Shown: positions 1-11,300 of the stretch, piece by piece | Layout: every line of letters begins with the position of its first letter | Numbering within the stretch: position 1 is the stretch's first letter | NCBI GenBank assembly: GCA_964016885.1 | Contig: OZ024740.1 | Location: 45,508,001 to 45,572,000 of the forward strand | Direction of reading: 5' to 3' | Origin: Eledone cirrhosa | Lineage: Eukaryota | Length of the DNA stretch: 64,000 nucleotides | The notes under the pieces: generated by a model | Seen by the model: only the letters and a program-made list of their open reading frames with translations | Database searches by the model: none | Told to the model about the DNA's origin: nothing | Program-made: the position numbers and the translations under genes

Positions 1-2141
1 TTAATTTTAAGGCCTTTTGATTCTAGGCCGTGCTTCCATGTTTGGAATTTCTTCTCTAGCTCGGCCATTGATTCAGCTATGAGTGTTAGGTCGTCTGCGT
101 ATAGGAGTTCCCATGGGCAACCGGTCTTGAACTCCTCTGTTATAGCCTGAAGGGCAATAATAAATAGTAGGGGGCTGAGAACAGAGCCCTGATGGACGCC
201 AACTTTTACGCTAAACTCTTCACTATATTCGTTGTTAATTCTAACCTTGCTGACTGTTTCTTTATACATGGCTTGTATAGCTCTCACAAGCCATTCGTCA
301 ACACCTAGTTTTCTAAGAGCCCACCAGATAATGGAACGGAGGACTCTGTCGAAGGCTTTCTCCAAGTCAACAAAAGCTAAGTATAGGGGTTTACTTTTAG
401 CTAGGTACTTCTCCTGTAGTTGTCGTACAATGAAAAGAGCGTCTGTGGTACTTTTGCCTGACACAAACCCGAACTGCATTTCATCTAGATCAATTCTCTC
501 TCTGATTAGTTGCGCTATTACTTTTTCCGTGACTTTCATGACCTGGTCGATTAATTTAATGCCTCTATAGTTACTCCTATCTAGGGCATCTCCTTTACCC
601 TTATAACAGTTAACGATGATGCTGCTACGCCAGTCCTTCGGAACAACCCCATTCTGTACGACTTGGTTAACTATCCGGGTGACCATGGTGTGTCCCACCG
701 TACCAGATGCCTTCAGTATCTCGGCAACTATTTCCGAAGGCCCAGCCGCCTTACCCGTCTTCATATCTTTGATTGCCTTACTTATTATACTACCCTCGAC
801 TAACACTGCTGGTCCCTCTATTCGGTCGATGTGGGGGAGACTGTCTTTCTCCCATTTATTCTCCTCATTTAGTAGCCTTTCATAGTGACACTTCCAAGCT
901 ACCTTCTTATCAGCGTCGGTGATGGCAAGTACGCCGTCATCATTAAGTACACACTTCTCCCCGACAATATCACGGTTTTCCTTGACACATTGCCTAGCAA
1001 TCCTGAACACCTCACGTTTTTGGTCCTCGCGTTGTAGAACATGCTTGAACTTTCTTTCCTCTGCTTCCCTTCTTGCGAAGTACACTTGTCTCCTAGCTTC
1101 CCTCCTGGCCACTTGATAGTCTTCTCTGCTTCCCCCATCCCTCCATACTTTCCAAGCCTGCTTTTTGGCCTTAATTGACCCCTCCACCTTACTGTTCCAC
1201 CACCATGTTACTCTCCTCTTGCCTACAGGCCTGCTCCAGCCACAGACTTCGTCTGCCGCCATCAGCAGGTTTGCTTTCAGGAATTCCCACTGCTCCTCTA
1301 TATTGTACGACTCTAATTGCTCTTCCTTACTGTCGAAAGCATCAAGTAGTATACTTTTGAATTTATTTCTGGCTGTGGGGTCCTTTAGCTTCCATATTTT
1401 TCTCCTGAGGATAGTCCTCTTCTGTTGTCTAGTACGTCTCGTCCTGACTATTAGGTCGCTAATTATCAGTCTATGTTGGGAGGTGCATTCTTCATGGGGG
1501 AGGGATTTAGTGTTTACAACAGACACTCTGTCACGTCTTCTGGTAAGGATATAATCTACCTGGCTTGTGTGTTCCCCCGATCTATAGGTGATCAGATGAT
1601 TGTCACGTTTTTTGAAGTTAGTGTTACAGATAGTTAGGTTATTTGCGTCACAGAATTCCAGGATTCTGGAGCCTTCCTCATTTCTAGTACCAAACCCATA
1701 GCCTCCATGGATTTCGTCGTAGCCGTCACAATGTTGTCCAACGTGACCATTTAGGTCGCCTGCAATAATTATATAATCACTGTCGGTTATTTGGGAGATA
1801 GTGAGCATCAGTGTCTCATAGAATCTGTCTTTTATAGTGCCGGATTGGGGTGCGTACGCAGATATTACTGTCACCGTAGTTCTATTGAGGACAAGTCTTA
1901 TTTTAATTATTCTGTCGTTCACTCTATTTACGTCTATTATCTTATCTGCCCACTTTTCTGCTACCATGATTCCTACTCCACCCAGCCCATTGTCATTTCC
2001 CACCCAGAAAAGCTTATAGCATCGTTTTTTACGCACAATGAATCTAGCAGACCCACCCCTCCACCTGGTCTCTTGAATACAACAAACATCGACCTCCTTA
2101 CGTTCAAGCATTTCTACAACCTCGTTAGAGCGACCCTTCAT
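1..2141 (-). CDS. LINE endonuclease-reverse transcriptase ORF (partial; runs off the window)
   Basis: ATG at 2141 (MKGRSNEVVEML) is in the same frame as KGLKI at the window edge. Not every codon was checked. The upstream RVGTMNV segment is out of frame. Confidence 0.75.
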   Translation of the reverse strand, partial: MKGRSNEVVEMLERKEVDVCCIQETRWRGGSARFIVRKKRCYKLFWVGNDNGLGGVGIMVAEKWADKIIDVNRVNDRIIKIRLVLNRTTVTVISAYAPQSGTIKDRFYETLMLTISQITDSDYIIIAGDLNGHVGQHCDGYDEIHGGYGFGTRNEEGSRILEFCDANNLTICNTNFKKRDNHLITYRSGEHTSQVDYILTRRRDRVSVVNTKSLPHEECTSQHRLIISDLIVRTRRTRQQKRTILRRKIWKLKDPTARNKFKSILLDAFDSKEEQLESYNIEEQWEFLKANLLMAADEVCGWSRPVGKRRVTWWWNSKVEGSIKAKKQAWKVWRDGGSREDYQVARREARRQVYFARREAEERKFKHVLQREDQKREVFRIARQCVKENRDIVGEKCVLNDDGVLAITDADKKVAWKCHYERLLNEENKWEKDSLPHIDRIEGPAVLVEGSIISKAIKDMKTGKAAGPSEIVAEILKASGTVGHTMVTRIVNQVVQNGVVPKDWRSSIIVNCYKGKGDALDRSNYRGIKLIDQVMKVTEKVIAQLIRERIDLDEMQFGFVSGKSTTDALFIVRQLQEKYLAKSKPLYLAFVDLEKAFDRVLRSIIWWALRKLGVDEWLVRAIQAMYKETVSKVRINNEYSEEFSVKVGVHQGSVLSPLLFIIALQAITEEFKTGCPWELLYADDLTLIAESMAELEKKFQTWKHGLESKGLKI

Positions 2142-2950
2142 GGTACATTCATGGTACCAACTCTGAAGTTTTGGATTGCGTTTGGAGGGTGGGAGCGGTG
2201 GGGAGCGGGGGGAGATGGGGTTATGTTAGCCATCCGCAGCAGAAACAAAGAGGAATGCTCGCATTCTCGTCCACGAGGTGAATTTGTCTTTATCTTTGGC
2301 ATTGTCGCTGAGCGTCCAGATTTTTCTCTCTTCAACTCTCCAGAATTCCGTAGTCCATCCATCCGTCATATCGAAGGCGACCAGGTAAGCGATAGTATAG
2401 GCTTCTGGCTTATGATTGGTCCACGTAATAATAATGGTGGTGCGTGGGGCGGGCAGGAGGGGGTGTTGAGTTGTTAGCGAGAAGAATAGGTTTAAGTAAG
2501 ATCCTCGTATTTAACAAGCGATAACAAAAATACAAGATTTGTTTAGTAAAATACGAGAAAATACAGAATACAGGAGGATTTGTTTTGGAAATAGGATAGA
2601 ATAGCGAGTAGTGAAGCAAGAATTGGAATCTGAGGATAGAAAATGCTATAGAATTGTCGGATTGGATGGACTATGAAATTAGGTGGATTGTAGAAAGGCG
2701 AGAAAAAATGTGTACATTACATTATACCGTGAAGGAAAAACAGCCACGAATTTGGCGAATGTGAATTACTTGTGGGGGTTATCTTATATATATAGATATA
2801 GAGAGAGAAGGGGGGGGGGCGCATGATGTAGAGTGGGGTGGTTGACCGCGAACACTCATGAAGTGGTGGAGGGGGAGAGGATATTAAGGAGCGGGAATTA
2901 AGAGTTTGAAATACGGTCCTCGAAATAATAACAAATATATTTAAAAATAT
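1..2950 (-). mobile_element. RTE-clade LINE, near full length (5' UTR + APE endonuclease + RT), continues off the left edge; lies in an SMC4 intron
   Basis: Minus-strand reading gives RVGTMNV, DVCCIQETRW, SAYAPQ, AGDLNGHVG, AFVDLEKAFD, HQGSVLSP and YADD. Bases 1-505 are near-identical (reverse complement) to 6666-7170. The 5' boundary is approximate. Confidence 0.9.
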
Positions 2951-3181
2951 TATATGAGAGAAGAAAAGGTTTAAGTAAGATCCTCGTATTTAACAAGCGA
3001 TAACAAAAATACAAGATTTGTTTAGTAAAATATGACAAAAACTTTCGTATTTAACAAGCAATAACAAAAAATACAAGATTTGTTTTGGAAAATACGAGAA
3101 AATACAGTGGTTTATTAGCCACCCAGTGGGCTTGTTCTCAAAGTCAGGTTTGTGGTCCTTGAGAGTAAAATATTATATATT

Positions 3182-3823
3182 ATCATCATCATCGCTTACC
3201 ATCCATATTCCACGCTTGCATGGGTTTGGACGGGAATTTTCCCACTTGAAGCAAGATTGGTTGTCTTGCTTGTATAGGACTGTCTGGCGGGTTTTCTACG
3301 GCTGGATGCCCTTCCTAACACCAACCACGTTACAGTGTGGACTGGGAGGTTTTTACCATGTTACCTACACGGCCACATTACAGCGTGGACTGTGTTTTTT
3401 TGTCGTGACACCTACACGACCTCATTTGTTTCGGACTGGATGTTGTGGTACCAACATAACTTTACATCGAAAGGGGTGGTGTGGATGGGGTGGGGGTGTT
3501 TTTGTTAGAGGTGCCTACTGACTGTAGGTTTTGCTTTGTACTTAAGCAAGGCGGGTCTTCTGTATTACTGTGTAGCGCCAAAGATCTTGGTCCAGTGACA
3601 TTGTCTTGGAGAGGTCTAAGTGTGTGAGGTCGGAATTTATCAAGTCGTCCCAGGTTTTTCTGGGTCTGCCTACTCCGTGGCTACCGTCTATTTTTATCGC
3701 CCTGCACTTTTTTATACAGCTGTCGTCTTTCATGCGCATCCCGTGACCGTACCAACGTAGTCTTCTCTCAAGTAAACAACATCTGATCCCTCTTATTCCT
3801 AATTTCCCCCTTAGTTTGTTTAT
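3182..3823 (-). mobile_element. 5'-truncated 3' end of the same RTE LINE family
   Basis: ORF 3542-3739 matches the C-terminus of ORF 6641-8026; same 3' UTR; (GAT)n tail at 3182. Confidence 0.9.
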
Positions 3824-3902
3824 ATAATCTTATATAATCCCTATATACATACACACACATATATACAGATACATACATATATAGTACATATATATAGAGA
3901 GA

Positions 3903-4644
3903 GAGGGTGTGCAGAAAGAAACTCCTTAATCATGCTGCAAGATATTTGGCCTACTGGGACCATTTGGGACATCAATGACCTCATATTCATGCAAGATGGG
4001 GCCTCTCCTCATTTTGCATGCTGCACTGTCCATGAGTGGTTTGATGTCTAATTTCTAAGATATTGAGGTCCACATGAATGGGAAGCAAGAAACCCTGGCT
4101 TAACATCATGTGATTTTTTTCTGTAAGAGATGGTCGAATGAAGAAGTTTAGTGTTTAACGCTGAAAACTCACTAAATTGGAGGAACACTAGTTCTTGATG
4201 AAGCTAGTCAAGGATATAGTGAGTTTTCAGTGTTAAGCACTAAACTTCTTCATTCGAGCATCTATTACAGAAAAAATCAGATGTTAAGCCTAGGGCCTGC
4301 ATTAGGTGAAAAACTTCATTTTTTCAGCTTTTTAGGGCTTTTTCCCTAATTTTCAAGGCATATTATGCACATAAAAAAAATTCATTTCTTGATCCCCTAG
4401 GGCCCGCATTAGGTGAAAACCTGCATTTTTCCTGCTTCATCGAGGAAAATCTTAAAGATTATCCAGCCATCAGAGTATTCCGTTTATTTTCTTTTCATAT
4501 TGTCCAGGCATGCAGTTTTTCCACGATTAGGTCTGTTGGCGGCCCGCGTTCCAAAATACCTTATCCCGTGCAACGCCGGGTACGACTGCTAGTAATTAAT
4601 AAAGTTGATAATTTTAAATAGGAAGTTTCTTTCCACCAACCCTG
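3903..4644 (+). mobile_element. Degenerate internally deleted Tc1/mariner-superfamily transposon
   Basis: Fossil motifs FMQDGASPHFA and GPHEWEARNPGLTSCDFFL (cf. WPxRSPDLxPxDFFLWG). Imperfect TIRs GAGGGTGTGCAGAAAGAAACTCC / GGAAGTTTCTTTCCACCAACCCTG followed by TA. Confidence 0.7.
4291..4592 (+). mobile_element. Helitron-type non-autonomous 3' fragment
   Basis: Ends in hairpin CCCGTGCAACGCCGGG then CTAG|T, as in the element at 23067-23977. Confidence 0.6.
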
Positions 4645-5509
4645 TATACAAATACAACTAAAAACCTAATAGTAAATTTGTCAATTTCAGAAACAGTAAA
4701 TATAATTCAGTATCCAGATTAAAATAGGTACACTATATCCTTTGTGTTGTAAGAAGCAACTAAAAGTATCGGTGTCTAAAATGGCATCCAGTTGAAAAGT
4801 CCCATCCAGCCCATGCCAGCATGGAAATGTTAACATTAAAACAATGCGGATGATCTCTAGCACTATGCAGTAATACAGAAGACTCGCTAAGGCATACATC
4901 AAGTATGCACCACACCCCTATATCTATCTCCCCAATTCCCCATACATCTTCCCACTACCTAAGTCCCCACACCATAAAGTGGCCATCCTGAAGGCACGAC
5001 AAAAAGCGCCCAGTCCACTGTAAATGTGGTTGGTGTTAGGAAGAGCATCCAGCCGTAGAAACCAAGCCAAAATCAGTTCTGTGTAAGAAAAACATGGTCC
5101 TCCAATCAGGTTGTCTCACGAGACAACTCATCTAACCCATGCTAGCATGGAAAATGATGACAAATGAAATAATTTTGATAAAACAAATTCAGAATAGTTG
5201 CAAGTGTGACATTTGTTTAACTTACAAAACAATGGGAAATTTTAAAATATCGTCACCACAATGCAGATAACTATAAACAAAAGTTGAATAGACCAAGTTC
5301 AGTACCCCTGGAGCAAGAAAAAGAAAAGAGTAATACATAGTTCAATTTCCCCCAGGCACCACTGTCGCCTTTTTTCCATCTCCAGGGATACTTTACCTGA
5401 TTTATTCAATTATTATCTATAGATATCTGCATAGTGGTGACTATTTTCAAACACTAAATTCAAAATAATCATTTTATTTTTAATGCAAGTAATGTACAAA
5501 TATACTTAC

Positions 5510-5660
5510 TTTCTTTTTTTCTTGTGCAATACTTTTTTCTATTTTGGGGGCTTTGCCTTTTGTATGTTTTATATCTTCACGGCATTTCACATCCAAACTT
5601 TCCAACTGAGTGAAATTTTCCTTTAGCTCATCACATTTCTTCACCGAGGCCTCATACTCT
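5510..5660 (-). CDS. SMC4: SMC4 coiled-coil exon (EYEASVKK...EKKK)
   Basis: 151 nt, phase 2/0; DVKCREDIKH resembles the SMC4 coil; donor GTAAGT. Confidence 0.9.
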
Positions 5661-8350
5661 CTAAACAAAAGGTATACATAGTAGACATTGCTTAAAAAAC
5701 ATGAGCCAGGATTTATTCTTTTTTATTCTCTTACTAGAGCATTATAACAGCATCACATTAACTATTGAAGTCTTAAGTTTACAACAAATTTTCACAATCT
5801 ATCCAATAGTAGATATACTATAAAAATATGAATTAACAAACCTTGTTTTTAGATATTTTCTGCTGAACCATTAAATTCTAATTTACAGCTGTAAATTCTA
5901 ATTTACAGCTCAAACCATTGCACGTTTAACCAACCTCCTATGAGGTTATAGTTTATAGGTTTCTTAGGTGTTTTATGCAATATAAAATGTAATGTCTTGC
6001 TAAAAAACACAACACACTGCCTGGTTGAGTAATTAAAAACATGACCTTATGATTGTGAGTCCAACACCCTAACCATTAAGCCAGGTGTCATCACTTACAA
6101 ACTGTTAAGATGTTAAGAATTAAGATGGTATTTGTAACATAATTTATCAAATGGTCCTTATATAAAATTATCTTGGAAAGGTTGAATTTAAATAGGAACT
6201 CTTTAAAATGGATGGCTTTATTTCATAGTACAAGAGGCAGTTTGGGTCAGGTTGATAGCAAAAGAGTTAATTTGGTATTGGTTTCTATTAAAAAGAACAA
6301 AACCTCTGTACTTTTAAAGTAGAGAAAAATCAGTTCTGTTTATATCTTTCCCAATGGTATTAACAAGGTTAAAAAATGAAATAGCTTTCAGCTGTGAATT
6401 GAAGCTAAGTTTGACACTGCAGGAGCTAACACCTCAGTCAAATTTAATGTAAAGACTATTATATTAGAGAAACACATAATTACAGGCACGGCTGAGTGGT
6501 TGAGAATTACTGCGCAAACAGTTGGTTCTCAATTCAGTCCAGCTTGCATGGCGCCTTGAGCAAGTATCTTCTACTATAGCTTCAGGTTGACAAATGCCTT
6601 GTGAGTGGAATTTGGCAGATGGAAACTGTAAAAGTACATTGTGTGTGTGTATATATATATATATGTCAGAGAGAGAATTGATCTAGATGAAATGCAGTTC
6701 AGGTTTGTGTCAGGTAAAAGTACCACAGACGCTCTTTTCATTGTACGACAACTACAGGAGAAGTATCTAGCTAAAAGTAAACCCCTATACTTAGCTTTTG
6801 TTGACTTGGAGAAAGCCTTCGACAGAGTCCTCCGTTCCATTATCTGGTGGGCTCTTAGAAAACTAGGTGTTGATGAATGGCTTGTGAGAGCTATACAAGC
6901 CATGTATAAAGAAACAGTCAGCAAGGTTAGAATTAACAACGAATATAGTGAAGAGTTTAGCGTAAAAGTTGGTGTTCATCAGGGCTCTGTTCTTAGCCCC
7001 CTACTATTTATTATTGCCCTTCAGGCTATAACAGTGGAGTTCAAGACCGGCTGCCCATGGGAACTCCTATACGCAGATGATCTAATGCTCATAGCTGAAT
7101 CAATGGCCGAACTAGAGAAGAAATTCCAAACATGGAAGCATGGCCTAGAATCAAAAGGCCTTAAAATTAACCTGTCTAAGACTAAAGTTCTAGTTTGTAG
7201 GAAGGAAAATAGGGCACTGGTCCCATCCGGGAAATGGCCATGCTCAGTGTGTAGGAAAGGAGTAGGTAGAAACTCCATTTTATGTCCCAAATGCAAAGTA
7301 TGGGTGCATAAAAGATGTAGCGGGATCACAGGGAAGCTAACTAAGAACATAGATTTTATATGTGGCCGGTGCTCTGGTGCAATAAGTAGCAGCAAGTGCC
7401 CACAAAATACTAGCTCATTCCATTGCACAGATGGTTCTATAGAAATAGTGGACAGCTTCCGTTACCTGGGTGACAAAATCAGCAGTGGGGGAGGGTGCTC
7501 TGAAAGTACAGTAGCTAGAGTCAGAACTGGATGGAAAAAGTTCAGAGAGCTTATACCACTATTAGCCGCTAAAGGGTTCTCCCTAAAAATGAAAGGCAGG
7601 CTGTATGATGCCTGCATACGAACAGCAATGTTACATGGCAGTGAGACCTGGGCATTGTGTGCAGAGGATATACGCAGACTGGAGAGGAACAAAGCTTGCA
7701 TGCTCCGCTGGATGTGTAATAGTAATATACTTGAACGGCAAAGCATAAACGAACTAAGGGAAAAATTAGAAATAAGAGGGATCAGATGTTGTTTACTCAA
7801 GAGAAGACTACGTTGGTATGGTCACGTGATGCGCATGAAAGACGACAGCTATATAAAAAAGTGCAGGGCAATAAAAATAGACGGTAGCCACAGAGTAGGC
7901 AGACCCAGAAAAACCTGGGACGACTTGATAAATTCCGACCTCACACACTTACACCTCTCCAAGACAATGTCACTGGACCGAGATCTTTGGCGCTACACAG
8001 TAATACAGAAGACCCGCCTTACCTAAGTACAAAGTGAAACCTACTACAGTCAGTAGGCACCTCTAACAAAATACACCCCCGTCCCACCCCTTTCAATGTA
8101 AAGTTATGTTGGTACCACAACATCCAGCCGGAAACAAATGAGGTCGTGTAGGTGTCACGACAAAAAAACACAGTCCACGCTGTAATGTGGCCGTGTAGGT
8201 AACACGGTAAAAACCTCCCAGTTCCACACTGTAAATGTGGTTGGTGTTAGGAAGGGCATCCAGCCGTAGAAAACCCGCCAGACAGTCCTATGCGAGCAAG
8301 ACAACCACTCCTGTCCAAACCCATGCAAGCGTGGAATATGGACGTTAAAC

Positions 8351-8382
<32 letters not shown>

Positions 8383-11300
8383 CTTGAAAATGTTGATATC
8401 CACATACAGTCATTACAATAATAATGATAGTAGCATTAGAAAATCAGGTGAAATAACCTTAATGGCAGAAACTGTTGTCAGCTGCCATATGGTGTAAAGG
8501 TAACACACTTCGTCAGAATTCAAGAGATACAGAGTTTGATTCTCTGTAATGGCTGCTGACTACTTATTTTCTATCTCTGGGGGATATTTTACCCAATTTT
8601 CTAACATTATTATCATTGGTGGATTGGCAGTATCGGTAGATCGTCGGACGCCATGCTTTGACGCATAGAGTTACGGCCCTTGCCAGTCTGAGTTCAAATA
8701 TCGCCGAGGTTAACTTTGCCTTTCATCCTTACGGGGTCAATAAAATAATGTACCAGTAATGCACTGGGTAATTGCTGGCCTTGTGCCAAAAGTAGAAACA
8801 ATTATTATCATTGTAGAATTAGGATATCAACATTTTTAAATTATTCAAACACCTTGTTAAATTGTGATATATATACATATATCTAAAATCGAGGGCTTTC
8901 TCAGTCTTGTTGGAGGAACTCCTCCCTGATGACCTCCACCACTTCCTATCTCTGGCCATATAAGGCCATGTGGGGCTGAGGTATCAGGTGAGATCATCAC
9001 GTCATCTGACCTTTGGCTGCCTTCTGGTTTTTATTTACTGCCTTGGTGTCCACTCTGTCACTCTAATAGTCCACCTATTGTCTCTGAGATGAGAGTCGTG
9101 GCTAGCCCATCTATGTTTGCCCTTTTTGACGATCTCAATTATGTCCTTCACACCAGTCTGCTGCCAAATCCAAGGTAAAGTGATGCCAAGCATGATATGC
9201 TCCATTTTACATTGGGCTATTCCAAGAGTCTCTGTGGTGGTGGTGTCAAGTGCCCATGTCTCACTTCCGTATGTCCTCACAGCTTTCTTTTGGTTTCGAT
9301 TGTTGACTTGGGACGTCTGATGATGTTATAAACTTTTCCAAAAGCTGGCCAGCCAAGCGCAATCCTTCTTTTGACCTCCGGAAATAGAGCACCATATCTT
9401 CCAACCTTCTTTCCGAGGTACACATAACTGTCTACTTCCTCGGGCTTTCCATCCACAATAACTGGTGATGGGAAGGGTTTCTTTGTTTAGGTCCCTTAAT
9501 ATCTCAACATAGGAAAACATTTTTTTTAAAAGAGAGAGGGAGAGAGAGAACAATAAAATAAATACCAGACTTGAGTAACAGGTCGATATGATTGACTAAA
9601 TCAAGGCGATACCTTAGAGTGGCCAGAGTCTAATTACGGAAATAAGAAAAAATCCCATCTCCCAAAAATCTTGAGTGTCACACACACACATTATACACAT
9701 AGCAGATCACATACAAAGTCATTCTCCCACGACTTCCAACAGCCATAAATAGACCACCGCTTGCAACAAAGAAAATAAAATGGCGAATCTAAAACAACAA
9801 AAGCACACAGCTCCAAACCAGTTTCTTATCATAATCTTCTGGTGAATGAATTTTAGTCCTAAAATAAACGGACCCAGTACAAACTGTAAAGTAGTTGGAA
9901 ACAGGAAAGCTAACCAGCCACAGAAAGCTTGCCAAACAATGTGTTAGGAGGACTCTTTAGTTTTGTCAAGGACATGACAGCCACCCTAGTGCTGGTGATC
10001 TACAAAATAAAAGCACCTGGTACACACTGTAATGTAGTTGGTGTTAGGAAGGGCACCAGCTATAGAAAGCTTGCTAAACAAGGAATTAGGAGGACCCTTC
10101 AGTTTGTGTCAAAAGACACAGCTCTTCTGCACTCGATATCACCGTACATAAGCAGGACACAGACCTCAGCTTGTCTAGGACATCAGTGGCCCCACTTCAG
10201 TACTGACAATCTATGTAGACCCATCCAACCTATGCTGGCAGGGAAAGCAGACGTTAAATGATGATGATGATGATAAATAATAACACACAATCATCTTTGT
10301 TGCCTTCAATTTTTCAAAATAAACCATGTTTTGCATTGTCATAGCCTTCAAATAACAAACTAATTTATTTAAATTTAAATACAAACCCTTTAAAATAGGA
10401 GGTTGTTACATAGAACCAGAGCCAGTTTTAGCCATACTGATATCAAAAGGGTTACAGCAAAGTTTAACTTACTTGTAGGTTTTATCACATTTGTTGCTGT
10501 GAGCTAACTTCTCATCAGTGACAGCTTTCATCTTCTTTGCTTCTTCTTTGGATTTATTCTTTAATTCATTCAAGCTAACAGTTGCCTTTGACTCATTGGT
10601 AATACATTCGTTTCTTTGAAAATGAAGAAAAAAAAATTGATTAATATGAATAGCAAAGAAGGAATAAACATAGTAAAAAAAAATAAAGAAAGAAAACTAA
10701 CCTTACACAACCAGGAAAATAATGATTGAAAAAGAAGGGATGTAACATATAACAAAATATCAGGTTTCATATAAGCTGGCTAATAGCAAATAAGGAATTT
10801 GACAAAATTATTAATGTATGTGGTTGTATTTGTAGATGTACAAATACAATAGTAGTTACAGTTTTTAATGTACTTTTTGCATTTACAAGTGCCACAAACT
10901 GAAATATAGATCATCATTCATAATGAATGTTTATCATACAGCTAAATAATTGCCAAACATTGAAAAATCTGCAGATTGAGAATAACGTAACATCTGTTAT
11001 ATGTGTTTACAAAGGATAAAATTTATTATGACACGAAAATCAAGAAACTTGTAAGATAAATACTTATACAACTAAGGAAAACTTCTTAATACTGTATTTA
11101 TTCATGAAAAGACAATGATTGTGTGATCTCCATAATGTTGACTTTAACTGCAAGTGTACTAATATACAACCTACATTGACAAAGTTCAAAGGCCACTTTT
11201 TGTTTCATTTAGGATGTGAACTTTTCAAATGCATTTTATACAGCAATATTAATAAATCTGACCGAACTCGTCTTTTTCCATACATTGTAATATGAAAGAA

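Noticed and set aside
232-2477. Plus-strand ORFs of 60-228 aa
   Set aside because: Antisense shadows of the minus-strand LINE ORF.
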